Assembly: GCA_963668675.2 (NCBI GenBank)
Contig: CAXXMB010000002.1
Location: forward strand, 2,400,001 to 2,464,000
DNA length: 64,000 nucleotides
From: an uncultured Desulfatitalea sp.
Lineage (GTDB): Bacteria > Desulfobacterota > Desulfobacteria > Desulfobacterales > Desulfosarcinaceae
Direction: 5' to 3'
The notes under the pieces were generated by a model. The model worked only from the letters and a program-made list of their open reading frames with translations. It had not been told where the DNA came from and did not search any database. Below, piece by piece: positions 50,234 through 60,396 of the stretch. The stretch's first letter is position 1. Each line of letters begins with the position of its first letter. Made by a program: the position numbers and the translations under genes.

Positions 50234-50344
50234 CTATTCAGCGGAGAGAGACCGATCTTCGGCGTAGACACCTGCGCATGCCAGCCCGGGCTGCGAACAG
50301 CGGCTTGCTCAGGTGAAGCCAATATATCGGTGCGAATGAGGCAT
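50234..50344 (-). other. Putative leader peptide (uORF) with in-frame UGA and SECIS-like hairpin
   Basis: AGGTAGGGAC-ATG; MPHSHRYIGFT-(TGA 50309-50311)-ASRCSQPGLACAGVYAEDRSLSAE-TAG; embedded in a long stem-loop at 50251-50331. Confidence 0.5.
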
Positions 50345-50392
50345 GTCCCTACCTACAATGGGGTAAGCATGTGAATCGATGGTCGAAGGACA

Positions 50393-50421
50393 CCATTAGA
50401 GAAGCGGGCGGAAAATGTCAA
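50393..50421 (-). promoter_or_regulatory. Sigma70-like promoter upstream of the uORF
   Basis: TTGACA at 50416-50421; imperfect -10 (TCTAAT/TAATGG) 15-17 nt downstream. Confidence 0.5.
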
Positions 50422-50486
50422 AATGATATACTCGATGTTTTTCTATGCGTTCTATTCAGATTTTGAATGCATGGGGTTCGAACGGT

Positions 50487-51182
50487 CTATTTCGCCTTTT
50501 GCAGATGGTCGAGGATGGCGGCCATGAGATCGTTGGACGGCGCAATGAGATCCGAGCGCTTTTGGATCGCCGTCCTGTTCTGGACGTAGGGTGCCTCGAT
50601 CAGTTCACCAGCGCAGTGGGCCATGATCTTCTCGATGCTCTCCGCCGTTGATTCCAGATGGAACTGCAGGCCCAGGGTGAAGGGTGGATAGAAAAAAGCC
50701 TGGTGTTGGCACGCTTCGCTCTGGGCAAGATGGAGGGCGTCGGCCGGAAGATCGAAGGTGTCGCCGTGCCAGTGAAAGGCATGAAAATGGTCGGGGAGGA
50801 GATCGGCAAGGCGGCTGTTTTCCGCAGCGGCAGACCTGGTGACCGGGTACCAGCCGATCTCTTTATGCCGGTTTTTGAAAACCCGGGCGCCCAACACATC
50901 GGCCAGAAGCTGGGCGCCCAGGCAGATGCCGAGGATCCGTTTGTTCTGCCCGAGGGCCTTTTCAATGAACTGTTTTTCGAGGTTCAGCCAGATGTGTTCG
51001 GAGGTGTCCTGCACCCCCATGGGGCCGCCGAGAATGGCCAGAAGGTCGAAGTGGTCCATTTCCGGAAGCGGTTCCCCTTCAAATAGGGCAGTACCCGTCA
51101 AGCCGTGGCCCTCTTTGCGTGCCCATTGACCAATGAATCCGGGGCCTTCGAAAGGTACGTGCTGAAGATAGTGAATTCGCAT
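50487..51182 (-). CDS. Class I glutamine amidotransferase-like protein
   Basis: QHVPFEGPG, GGPM, GICLGAQL, HWHGDTF, GLQFHLE. Confidence 0.92.
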   Translation of the reverse strand: MRIHYLQHVPFEGPGFIGQWARKEGHGLTGTALFEGEPLPEMDHFDLLAILGGPMGVQDTSEHIWLNLEKQFIEKALGQNKRILGICLGAQLLADVLGARVFKNRHKEIGWYPVTRSAAAENSRLADLLPDHFHAFHWHGDTFDLPADALHLAQSEACQHQAFFYPPFTLGLQFHLESTAESIEKIMAHCAGELIEAPYVQNRTAIQKRSDLIAPSNDLMAAILDHLQKAK

Positions 51183-51500
51183 GGCTGACCTCCTCATCCA
51201 CTGGGTCGGTTTTGCGTCTGCGCAGCCCTCATAAGATACCCGGGCGGGAATGTAAAGGGCTTGGTTTTATTTGCTATTGGCACATGATCGGAGCCGATCC
51301 GGCAGGCAAAAAGGTGCCCCAAGCTTTTTCCGTTGGACCCTGGTCCGTTATGTGGGGGCGATTGCGCCCTTCATGCGATCAGGCATGGGATCGTAGCACT
51401 ACATATTGTGATGTGAAACGAACAGCTTTCTATATATTGAAAAGGCGCATGTACCGGGGCTTGGAATTGCAATTTTAGCCCCCAGGGGTACCGAAATTTA

Positions 51501-51529
51501 TTGACAACATAAGAGTAGGGTGCTATTCA
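51501..51529 (+). promoter_or_regulatory. Sigma70-like promoter for aprBA
   Basis: TTGACA-17 nt-TATTCA with TG extension. Confidence 0.6.
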
Positions 51530-51767
51530 TTTTATCTTGTTTTATCTATAAGCCGTTGATTTTATAAGTTATTTTTCGCCTCTTTGAGAAAAGTGATGCT
51601 TAAATTCCGTGAGAGCTTCAGTTTGCCTTATATATTAAGTCCGAGAATGATAATCATCGGACAACCAAAATGAAGGGGGGTGCAAGGAAAAGAGCGTACT
51701 GTTCCACATGTTTCAATTAGGAGTGGATTGGTTGAATTTTTTAAACCAAATTTAGGAGGTATATTAA

Positions 51768-52205
51768 ATGCCAAGTTTTGTTATTCAGGAAAAATGTGAC
51801 GGCTGCAAGGGTGGCGACAAGACCGCTTGCATGTACATTTGCCCCAACGACCTGATGGTCCTCGAACCCAACGCAATGAAGGCGTATAACCAAGAGCCGG
51901 ATCAGTGCTGGGAATGCTTCTCCTGCGTAAAAATTTGCCCCACCCAGGCCATCGAAGTGCGCGGCTATGCTGATTTCGTACCCCTGGGAAGCTCGATCAT
52001 GCCGATGATGGGTACCGAGGATGTGATGTGGACCTGTAAATTCCGTAACGGACTCATCAAACGCTTTAAGTTCCCCATCCGGACCACTCCCGAAGGTGCT
52101 GCCAATGCTTATGAAAGCCTGAAGGGCAATGATCTTGAAAGCCAACTGCTCTCCACCGAAGAGTCAGACGGTTACGCGATGCCCACACCTAAGGAGCTCG
52201 TATAA
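51768..52205 (+). CDS. aprB: Adenylyl-sulfate reductase beta subunit
   Basis: CDGCKGGDKTACMYICPNDLM, CWECFSCVKICP, KRFKFPIRTTPEG. Confidence 0.99.
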   Translation: MPSFVIQEKCDGCKGGDKTACMYICPNDLMVLEPNAMKAYNQEPDQCWECFSCVKICPTQAIEVRGYADFVPLGSSIMPMMGTEDVMWTCKFRNGLIKRFKFPIRTTPEGAANAYESLKGNDLESQLLSTEESDGYAMPTPKELV

Positions 52206-52265
52206 GGCGGCGATTTGAATCCATTGTACCATACACTTCGAATTATCTTTTAGGAGGTATAGATT

Positions 52266-54242
52266 ATGGCATTACCGAACAAACCTTTGGGTGAACTTAA
52301 GGCCGTGCGAGATCCTGAAGTTGTTGAAAAAGAAGTTGACGTCCTTATCGTTGGAGGCGGCATGGCCGCTTGTGGAGCCGCATTTGAAGTAAAAAAATGG
52401 TTGCAAGACGGCCAGACCGTCCTGCTGTGCGACAAGGCCGCCATGGAACGCTCCGGTGCCGTGGCACAGGGCCTGTCCGCTATTAATACCTATATTGGTG
52501 ATAACTCTCCGGAAGATTACGTTCGCATGGTGCGTAACGACCTGATGGGTCTCGTGCGCGAAGACCTGATCTATGATCTGGGTTGCCACGTGGACGATTC
52601 TGTCCATCTGTTCGAAGAGTGGGGCCTGCCGGTCTGGAAAAAAACCGACGACGGGAAAAACCTCGACGGTAAAAAAGGCCAGAAGCAAGGTACCCTGAAA
52701 GCTGGCGCCCAGCCGGTTCGCACCGGCAAATGGCAGATCATGATCAATGGTGAATCTTACAAACGCATCGTTGCTGAAGCTGCTAAAAAAGCCCTGGGTG
52801 ATGATAACATCATCGAGCGTTGCTTCATCGTCGAGCTGCTTCTGGATGCCAACAAGGCCAACACGATTGCCGGCGCCGTTGGTTTCTCCGTGCGTGAGAA
52901 CAAAGTCTACATCATCAAATGCAAAACCATGATGGTCGCCTGCGGCGGCGCGGTCAACATCTACCAGCCGCGTTCTGTCGGTGAGGGCAAAGGCCGTGCC
53001 TGGTATCCGGTATGGAATGCCGGTTCTACCTACACCATGTGCATGAAGGTCGGTGCCGAGCTGAGCATGATGGAAAACCGTTTCACCCCGGCCCGTTTTA
53101 AAGACGGTTACGGCCCGGTGGGTGCTTGGTTCCTTCTGTTCAAGGCCAAAACCCTCAACGGTCTGGGCGAAGCATTTGCCGGCAGCGACGCCGCCAAAGC
53201 CGAGCTGGAAAAATATGCACCTTACGGAACAGCCGCCATTACGCCGACCTGTCTGCGTAACCACCTGATGCTGTTCGAGATGAAAGAGGGCCGCGGCCCG
53301 ATCCTCATGGACACTGTCACTGCGCTGGCCGAACTTGGCAAGACCATGGACAAGAAAGAGCTCAAGCACCTCGAGTCCGAAGCTTGGGAAGACTTTCTGG
53401 ACATGACCTGTGGCCAGGCCAACCTGTGGTGTGCTCAGGACTGTGAACCGGAAAAGAAAAATTCCGAAGTTATGCCCACCGAACCATATCTGTTGGGCTC
53501 ACACTCCGGTTGCTGCGGTCTGTGGACCTCCGGTCCGGATCTGGATTGGATACCGGATGCCTACAAGATTAAAGCCGAAAACGGCAAAATCTACAACCGT
53601 ATGACCACGGTCAACGGTCTGTTCACTGCCGGCGACGGCGTCGGCTGCTCCGGTCACAAGTTCTCTTCGGGCTCCCATGCTGAAGGCCGTATGGCTGCCA
53701 AACAGATGGTGCGCTACGCCAAAGACAATGCGGATTTCGCACCGGCCCTGAAGCAGAGCAAAGACGAGTTGGTTGACCTGGTTTACAAACCGGTTCGCAC
53801 CTACCTTGATAACTGTGACTATACCACCGCCGCCGACATCAACCCCAATTACATCAAACCGAATGGTATGATGTATCGTCTGATGAAAGCCACCCACGAG
53901 TATGGTGCGGGTACTGCAACGTATTATCAGACCAGCAGCAAGATGCTGGAAACGGTAATGGATCTTCTGTCGACCATGCGCGAAGACTGCGAAAAGATGG
54001 CAGCCGGCGATCTGCATGAGCTGATGCGTGCTTGGGAGATCGAGCATCGCATCTGGACTGTGGAAGCGCATCTGCGTCACATCCAGTATCGTAAAGAGAC
54101 CCGCTATCCGGGCTTCTACTATCAAGCCGACTATCCCGGACAGGATGATGAGAACTGGTTCTGCTTTGTAAACTCGAAGTTTGATCCAGCGAAGAAGGAG
54201 TGGGATGTATTCAAAAAAGATTACATCAAAATCATCTCCTAA
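52266..54242 (+). CDS. aprA: Adenylyl-sulfate reductase alpha subunit
   Basis: RSGAVAQGLSAINTY, WQIMINGESYK, GHKFSSGSHAEGR. Confidence 0.99.
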   Translation: MALPNKPLGELKAVRDPEVVEKEVDVLIVGGGMAACGAAFEVKKWLQDGQTVLLCDKAAMERSGAVAQGLSAINTYIGDNSPEDYVRMVRNDLMGLVREDLIYDLGCHVDDSVHLFEEWGLPVWKKTDDGKNLDGKKGQKQGTLKAGAQPVRTGKWQIMINGESYKRIVAEAAKKALGDDNIIERCFIVELLLDANKANTIAGAVGFSVRENKVYIIKCKTMMVACGGAVNIYQPRSVGEGKGRAWYPVWNAGSTYTMCMKVGAELSMMENRFTPARFKDGYGPVGAWFLLFKAKTLNGLGEAFAGSDAAKAELEKYAPYGTAAITPTCLRNHLMLFEMKEGRGPILMDTVTALAELGKTMDKKELKHLESEAWEDFLDMTCGQANLWCAQDCEPEKKNSEVMPTEPYLLGSHSGCCGLWTSGPDLDWIPDAYKIKAENGKIYNRMTTVNGLFTAGDGVGCSGHKFSSGSHAEGRMAAKQMVRYAKDNADFAPALKQSKDELVDLVYKPVRTYLDNCDYTTAADINPNYIKPNGMMYRLMKATHEYGAGTATYYQTSSKMLETVMDLLSTMREDCEKMAAGDLHELMRAWEIEHRIWTVEAHLRHIQYRKETRYPGFYYQADYPGQDDENWFCFVNSKFDPAKKEWDVFKKDYIKIIS

Positions 54243-54282
54243 TGGACGGTTGTCGGTTGTGCAATAAGTACTGACACATAAT

Positions 54283-54316
54283 ACCTCCAGGCGCCCTAGC
54301 GCGCCTGGAGGTTTTT
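54283..54316 (+). terminator. Rho-independent terminator after aprA
   Basis: acctccaggcgc-cctagc-gcgcctggaggt-tttt. Confidence 0.85.
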
Positions 54317-54630
54317 ATTAAGAGAACTTAATAAAGCCTGCCGTAGGATGAGTGGTGCAGGCGATATCCTTTTTGAATTTTTGTAGTTTCAATCAAAAGC
54401 GTGGCGGGCAATGGCGTGAAACCGCTGCTGAACCACGGAGCTGATTCCTGGAAATGGTCGGCGACGTGTTCCAAGGCTCAGCTAAGTGGTTCAGGATCCA
54501 AGGGTATCGCCTGTGGCCGCCGGGGGCGGCTGCAAAGAGCATAATTTCATTTCACGAAGCAGCCCTGCGGGTCTTCATACTCGATGAGTGGCATTGCTTC
54601 TGTCTAATCTAGAACGCACGGAGGGATAGT

Positions 54631-55908
54631 ATGACAAGCGAAAACACAGCCCCTGCGAGTGGAAGCATCGTTGTGGTCGGCGGTGGTATCAGCGGCCTGA
54701 CGACAGCTATCGAAGCTGCGGAAGTGGGGTACGAGGTCTACCTAGTGGAAAAAAATCCCTACTTGGGCGGACGCGTAGCCCAGTTGAACCAGTATTTTCC
54801 CAAATTGTGTCCGCCGTCTTGCGGCCTGGAGATTAATTTCCGCCGCATCAAGGACAATCCCCGCATCAAGGTGCTCACCTTGGCCGAGGTGGAAAAGGTG
54901 GAAGGCGAACCGGGTAGCTACAATGTGACCATTCAACTCAACCCCCGCTACGTCAACGAGAAGTGCACCTGCTGCGGTGAGTGTGCGGAAGCGTGTGACA
55001 CTGAAATCAGCGACGAGTTCAATTTCGGCATGAACACCAAAAAAGGGGCGTATCTGCCGTTCGAAATGGCGTTTCCGACCCGTTATGTTCTCTCGCCGCA
55101 AATTATTGGTACGGAAGCGGCCCAAAAGGCGAAGGCTGCCTGTAAATACGATGCCATCGATCTGGAGATGCAGGCCAAGTCCATGACCGTTCAGGCCGGC
55201 GCCATTGTGTGGGCCACCGGTTGGGAACCCTATGATGCGGCCAAGATCGACAATCTCGGGTTTGGGCAGTATGACAACATCATCACCAATATGATGATGG
55301 AGCGTCTGGCCGCTCCCAACGGGCCGACCAGAGGCAAAATCGTGCGGCCGTCGGATGACAAGGCGCCGGAAAGCATCGCCTTCGTGCAGTGCGCCGGTTC
55401 GCGGGATGAAAATCATCTGCCGTACTGCTCGTATATCTGCTGCATGGCGTCTCTCAAGCAGGCCACCTATGTGCGCGAGCGATATCCGGATGCCAATATC
55501 TACATCTTTTATATCGATCTTCGCGCTCCCGGCGATCGATACGAGAAATTCTACAAGATGATCAAAGAGGACGAAAAAGTCTTCTTCGTCAAGGGTAAGG
55601 TTGCGGAGGTGATGGAGGATCCCGCCACCAAACAGGTGACCGTTGTGGCGGAAAATGCCGTCACAGGTGAAAAGACCAGGCAAACTGTGGATCTGGTGGT
55701 CCTTGCCACCGGGATGCAACCCACGGCCGCGAGCGTCACACTGCCGGCGGACTTAAAGTTCAATGCCGATGGGTTCATTCTCAACGACTATGAAAAGGGC
55801 GGCATGTTCGCTGCAGGGTGTGCCAACAAACCTGCCGATGTGGTGTCATCCAACCAGAATGCGACCGGCATGGCCTTGAAGGCCATCCAAACCCTGGCAA
55901 GGAAGTAG
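54631..55908 (+). CDS. qmoA: QmoA (HdrA-like flavoprotein)
   Basis: GGGISG, YFPKLCPP.CGLEIN, QCAGSRDENHLPYCS.ICC; follows aprA. Confidence 0.96.
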   Translation: MTSENTAPASGSIVVVGGGISGLTTAIEAAEVGYEVYLVEKNPYLGGRVAQLNQYFPKLCPPSCGLEINFRRIKDNPRIKVLTLAEVEKVEGEPGSYNVTIQLNPRYVNEKCTCCGECAEACDTEISDEFNFGMNTKKGAYLPFEMAFPTRYVLSPQIIGTEAAQKAKAACKYDAIDLEMQAKSMTVQAGAIVWATGWEPYDAAKIDNLGFGQYDNIITNMMMERLAAPNGPTRGKIVRPSDDKAPESIAFVQCAGSRDENHLPYCSYICCMASLKQATYVRERYPDANIYIFYIDLRAPGDRYEKFYKMIKEDEKVFFVKGKVAEVMEDPATKQVTVVAENAVTGEKTRQTVDLVVLATGMQPTAASVTLPADLKFNADGFILNDYEKGGMFAAGCANKPADVVSSNQNATGMALKAIQTLARK

Positions 55909-55918
55909 GAGGCTATCC

Positions 55919-58255
55919 ATGGATAAGAAATATGGTGTTTATATTTGTGAAGGCTGCGGCATCGGCGACTCCCTGGATGTCGCCGCTCTGAAGAACGTGG
56001 CCGAAGAAGAAGGGCTTACCACTAAAACCCATCCCATTCTCTGCGGCGCAGAGGGGGTCGATTTCCTGAAAAAGGAGATCGAGGGCGGGGTCAACACCCT
56101 CGTTCTGTGTGCCTGCTCCCGACGCGTCAACTTCGACACCTTTCGGTTCGACGGCTGCATCGTGGATCGTGTCAACCTGCGCGAAGGCGTGGTGTGGTCC
56201 CATCCGCGGGATCAGTTCCCGGCCCTCACGGAAGAGGAGAAGGAAGACGAGGATAACTTCGATCGCGTTCAGATGATGGCCGAAGATTACCTCAAGATGG
56301 GGATGGCCCGGGTGGAAAAGGTCAATCTGCCCGAAGCCTATCAGATGGAGCAGTTTACCAACAAGATACTGGTCATTGGCGGCGGCATCACCGGTATGAG
56401 CGCGGCATTGGATGCGTCCAAAGCCGGCTATCCGGTGACGCTGGTGGAGAGAGAGGATGCGCTCGGTGGTGCGGCGCTCAATTGGCGCAGCCAGCTGCCC
56501 GTGGTCGATCCTTATGAGCAATTGATTCCGCCGGTCATCAATGAAAAGATCAAGGCGGTGCAGGCCGATTCCAACATAACGGTCAAGACCGGTACCGTGG
56601 TGGCCCGTATCGCCGGTCAACCCGGCGAGTTCACCGTGACGTTTAAAAAGCCGGGCGAGAAGATCAGCTTCGATGTTCCCTATCCTTTGCCTGAAGAGAT
56701 GAAGGTTGATGAGGCCGGCAAGGAGCTGGACGCCGAAACTCTCCACAAGAAATACCTGGAGTACAACGAAGGCCGCAAAGACATCCTCACCCTCGATCCC
56801 GACGGCGAACTGTTCGGTGCTGTCGTCCTGGCCGCCGGATGGCGCCCGGCAGATGTCACCAAAGAAGATTGCGCCCATCTGGGGTATGGCGAAATTCCCG
56901 ACGTGGTGACCAACGCCGAATTTGAAGCCATTGCCAAAAAGGGCAAAATCGCGCGCCCCTCGGATGGCAAAGAGGCCAAATCGGTCGTCTTTATTCAAAG
57001 CCCCGGCAAGGACGAGGACGACAGCGATTTCAGCTATGCCGGCGCAGTTACCAGTCTGGTGAGCCTGAAGCAGGCCAAGTATGTGCGTGACGATTACGAA
57101 GACGGCAAAGCGTTTGTCTTCTATCAGCACATGCGTACACCGGGATTGAACGAAAACTTCTACAAAAGCATTCAGCAGGATCCGGGTATTTTCCTCACCA
57201 AGGGCAATGTGCTAAGCATCACTAAGAACGGTGGAAGACTTATTGTGGACGCCAGCAACACCCTGCTTGGCGAGAAGCTCAAGGTGAAGGCCGACATGGT
57301 CGTTCTGGCCGCCGGAATGGTGCCGGCCACCAAGGATGATCCGGTTGTCAACCTGGCGTATCGTCAGGGCCCGGCCTTCCGGGATATCGGGCTGTTCAAT
57401 GGGTACTGTGACTCCAACTTTATCTGCTTCCCATACGAAACCCAGAGAACGGGTATTTATGCAGCGGGTGCCGTGCGTCGCAGCATGACTACGGAAGAGG
57501 CGATGGAAGATGCCACCGGTGCGGCCCTGAAGGCCATTCAGTGCATCGAGTCTTCCAACCGCGGTGTGTCGGTCCATCCGCGCTCCGGCGACATGACCTT
57601 CCCCGATTTCTTCTTCCAGCGCTGTACCCAGTGCAAACGCTGTACCGAGGAGTGCCCTTTCGGTGCCCTCGATGATGATGAGAAGGGAACCCCGAAGCCC
57701 AATCCGACCCGCTGCCGCCGCTGCGGTACCTGTATGGGTGCCTGCCCCGAACGCATCATCGGCTTTGCCGATTACAACATCGACAGCATCGGCTCGATGG
57801 TGAAATCCATCGGCGTGCCATCCGAGGACGACTACTCCGAACCGCCCATGCGCGTGCTAGGCCTGGTGTGTGAAAATGACGCCTATCCGACACTGGACAT
57901 TGCAGCCCTCAACCGTCTCTCTTACTCGGCTGACGTTCGTTTGATTCCGGTGCGCTGCCTCGGTTCCGTCAACGTGATCTGGATCAAGGACGCGCTCTCC
58001 CAAGGTATGGACGGCGTGTTCCTGCTCGGCTGCAAACATGGCGACGACTACCAGTGTCATTTTGTCAAAGGCAGCGAGCTGGCCGGCATCCGTATGAAGA
58101 AGATCGGTGACGCCCTGGCCAGTCTGGCATTGGAAGTGGAGCGTGTGGCCCAGTTTGAGATCGCCATCGACGAGTATGATAAGGCGCCTCAAATCATCAA
58201 CGAATTCGTCGAGTCCATTGAGGCATTGGGCCCCAACCCGTTCAAGGGTTTCTAG
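55919..58255 (+). CDS. qmoB: QmoB (HdrA-like + ferredoxin + MvhD domains)
   Basis: SNFICFPYET.RTGIY, CTQCKRCTEECP, CENDAYP, VRCLGS. Confidence 0.97.
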   Translation: MDKKYGVYICEGCGIGDSLDVAALKNVAEEEGLTTKTHPILCGAEGVDFLKKEIEGGVNTLVLCACSRRVNFDTFRFDGCIVDRVNLREGVVWSHPRDQFPALTEEEKEDEDNFDRVQMMAEDYLKMGMARVEKVNLPEAYQMEQFTNKILVIGGGITGMSAALDASKAGYPVTLVEREDALGGAALNWRSQLPVVDPYEQLIPPVINEKIKAVQADSNITVKTGTVVARIAGQPGEFTVTFKKPGEKISFDVPYPLPEEMKVDEAGKELDAETLHKKYLEYNEGRKDILTLDPDGELFGAVVLAAGWRPADVTKEDCAHLGYGEIPDVVTNAEFEAIAKKGKIARPSDGKEAKSVVFIQSPGKDEDDSDFSYAGAVTSLVSLKQAKYVRDDYEDGKAFVFYQHMRTPGLNENFYKSIQQDPGIFLTKGNVLSITKNGGRLIVDASNTLLGEKLKVKADMVVLAAGMVPATKDDPVVNLAYRQGPAFRDIGLFNGYCDSNFICFPYETQRTGIYAAGAVRRSMTTEEAMEDATGAALKAIQCIESSNRGVSVHPRSGDMTFPDFFFQRCTQCKRCTEECPFGALDDDEKGTPKPNPTRCRRCGTCMGACPERIIGFADYNIDSIGSMVKSIGVPSEDDYSEPPMRVLGLVCENDAYPTLDIAALNRLSYSADVRLIPVRCLGSVNVIWIKDALSQGMDGVFLLGCKHGDDYQCHFVKGSELAGIRMKKIGDALASLALEVERVAQFEIAIDEYDKAPQIINEFVESIEALGPNPFKGF

Positions 58256-58321
58256 TCCGACGACCTGTGCAAAGGAAACCAACAGCGACCTGTTTGCTGT
58301 GACAATTCAGGAGGTAAGTGT

Positions 58322-59470
58322 ATGTCTGATTCCTATTTAGTCGAACCGGATGTCGGTTTCATCAAGGAGGTGAGCAAGCTCGGCGGCCAGGATCTGAAAA
58401 AGTGCTTCCAGTGCGCCACCTGTTCGGTTGCATGCCCCATCTCTCCGGACACCAAACCGTTTCCGCGTAAAGAGATGATAGCCGCTTCATGGGGCCTGAA
58501 AGACCGCCTTATCGGCAACGGCGATATCTGGCTGTGCCACAACTGCGGGGACTGTACGACGCTCTGCCCGCGGGGGGCCAAACCGGGTGACGTTTTAGCC
58601 GCCATACGGGCCTACGCGGTCACCGAATATGCCACCCCGAAGGTGCTGGGCAAAATGGTCAACGATCCCAGATCGCTCCCAATTCTGATGGCCATCCCGG
58701 CAGCCATTATTCTGGTGCTCGGCCTCATTTTTAACGCCTTTGGGCTCGATTGGCTCAACTTCGCCCCCACCGGAGACGAACTGTGGCAGGCGGACTACAT
58801 CAGCAACTACCTGGTGGACATCATCATGATCCCGACCTTCTTTGGTGCTGTCGGCGTCTTTGCCCTCGGCTTAAAACGCTTTATCGCCGATATGCATGCC
58901 AATGCGCTTTTGGAAGGTAAGACCACCAAAGAGAAGATCGAACCGGCCGGATTTGTCCAGGCCTTTATCAAGATCCTTCCGACGATTTTCAAACACAACC
59001 GCTTCAGCGAGTGCGGCGAAAACAAGGATCGTGCCACAGCGCATATGATGGTGCTGTATGGCTTCATCGGTCTGTTCATTGTGACCAACTGCTTTTTCAT
59101 CGCAGAGTGGGTTTTACACATCGAAGGTCCCTACAGCCAGATCAACCCGGTGAAATGGCTGGGCAATGCTGGTGGCATCGCCCTGCTGATCGGCGGTGGA
59201 TTGATGATCGCCAAGCGTCTGGGCCAGAAAGATCAGGTGACCAGCTATAAAGATTGGTATCTGCTCGGTCTGGTGATGCTGCTCGGCGGAACCGGCCTGT
59301 TGACCGAGATGCTGCGCCTGGGGCATTTGTATGGCTTTTCCGCTATTATTTACTTCCTCCATCTGATTTTTGTGTGGGCCCTGTTTGCATATACGCCATT
59401 CTCCAAATTGGCGCATCTGGTCTATCGCACGACGGCTATGGCCTATGAGGAATATTCCGGCCGCACCTAA
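58322..59470 (+). CDS. qmoC: QmoC (Fe-S + membrane heme b subunit)
   Basis: CFQCATCSVACP, CHNCGDC...CP, TM helices with His ligands, SKLAHLVYR. Confidence 0.97.
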   Translation: MSDSYLVEPDVGFIKEVSKLGGQDLKKCFQCATCSVACPISPDTKPFPRKEMIAASWGLKDRLIGNGDIWLCHNCGDCTTLCPRGAKPGDVLAAIRAYAVTEYATPKVLGKMVNDPRSLPILMAIPAAIILVLGLIFNAFGLDWLNFAPTGDELWQADYISNYLVDIIMIPTFFGAVGVFALGLKRFIADMHANALLEGKTTKEKIEPAGFVQAFIKILPTIFKHNRFSECGENKDRATAHMMVLYGFIGLFIVTNCFFIAEWVLHIEGPYSQINPVKWLGNAGGIALLIGGGLMIAKRLGQKDQVTSYKDWYLLGLVMLLGGTGLLTEMLRLGHLYGFSAIIYFLHLIFVWALFAYTPFSKLAHLVYRTTAMAYEEYSGRT

Positions 59471-59500
59471 TGTTCGCGGAGTGGAGGTTCGCATGTAAAC

Positions 59501-59543
59501 AAAAAGGGAGTTGATCGGCATGCCTGATCAGCTCCCTTTTTTT
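59501..59543 (+). terminator. Rho-independent terminator after qmoC
   Basis: aaaaagggagttgatc...gatcagctccc-T7. Confidence 0.85.
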
Positions 59544-59774
59544 GAGCCGATGCGCTCTATTCTGAAATGGTTGCAGGTCTGAAAACGTTGCGTTTGGAGG
59601 TACAATTCGCGATTGCCGGCGGCCGCATGCAGCTGCCCGAAAAATTAAAGTGGCCGTTGTTTGGGAAGGCTTTTTCTTAAGGCGACATCGATAACCAAAC
59701 GTTGAATGCCGGCGTATGGTGTGACGACATCCGGATTATCCGGCGCAACGCTTAAGGTGGTAGAGGAGGTAACT

Positions 59775-60341
59775 ATGAAGAGTTATTTGGTTAAGGATTT
59801 GATGGTACCGCGAGAGGAATACGCGGTCATTTCCGAAGATGCAAACATATACGAAGCCGTAATGGCACTGGAAAAGACTCAGCAGGAGTATGATCAGACC
59901 AAGTACCGGCATCGTGCAGTACTGGTCGAGAACAAAGAGGGGCGGATCGTCGGAAAGCTTGGGCAAATCGATGTGCTGCGTGCATTGGAGCCCAAGTATG
60001 AAGATATGCAAACGGATACGCCCGGAATCGCGAAGTATGGGTTCAGCAGGAAGTTTCTGCTCTCCATGCTCGATACCTACAATCTTTTTGACAAACCGCT
60101 GGATGATATCTGCCAGAAGACCGGTTTGGAAAAGGTTGCTAAATATATGCATCGACCCACCGAGGGCGAATTCATCGAAGAAGATGCTTCCCTGGACAAA
60201 GCCATTCATCTGCTTGTGGTCGGCCATCATCAATCCCTCCTGGTCAAACGGGGCGAAAGGATTGCAGGATTGCTGAGATTGACTGACGTGTTTGCGGCTG
60301 TATTTCATGCCATGAAATCGTGTGCTTTCAGCAACGAATGA
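59775..60341 (+). CDS. CBS-domain protein
   Basis: VKDLMVP..EY..I.EDA...EAV..., G.LRLTDVF; GAGGAGG RBS. Confidence 0.85.
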   Translation: MKSYLVKDLMVPREEYAVISEDANIYEAVMALEKTQQEYDQTKYRHRAVLVENKEGRIVGKLGQIDVLRALEPKYEDMQTDTPGIAKYGFSRKFLLSMLDTYNLFDKPLDDICQKTGLEKVAKYMHRPTEGEFIEEDASLDKAIHLLVVGHHQSLLVKRGERIAGLLRLTDVFAAVFHAMKSCAFSNE

Positions 60342-60396
60342 ATTCGTTAATATCTTGAAATGATAGATAAACCATTTTAGGACAGAAGGGGGAGGA

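Noticed and set aside
46590..58255. Selenocysteine read-through in HesB-like, MvhD, HdrD-like or Qmo genes
   Set aside because: All of these ORFs are uninterrupted, and the candidate positions checked are TGC/TGT.
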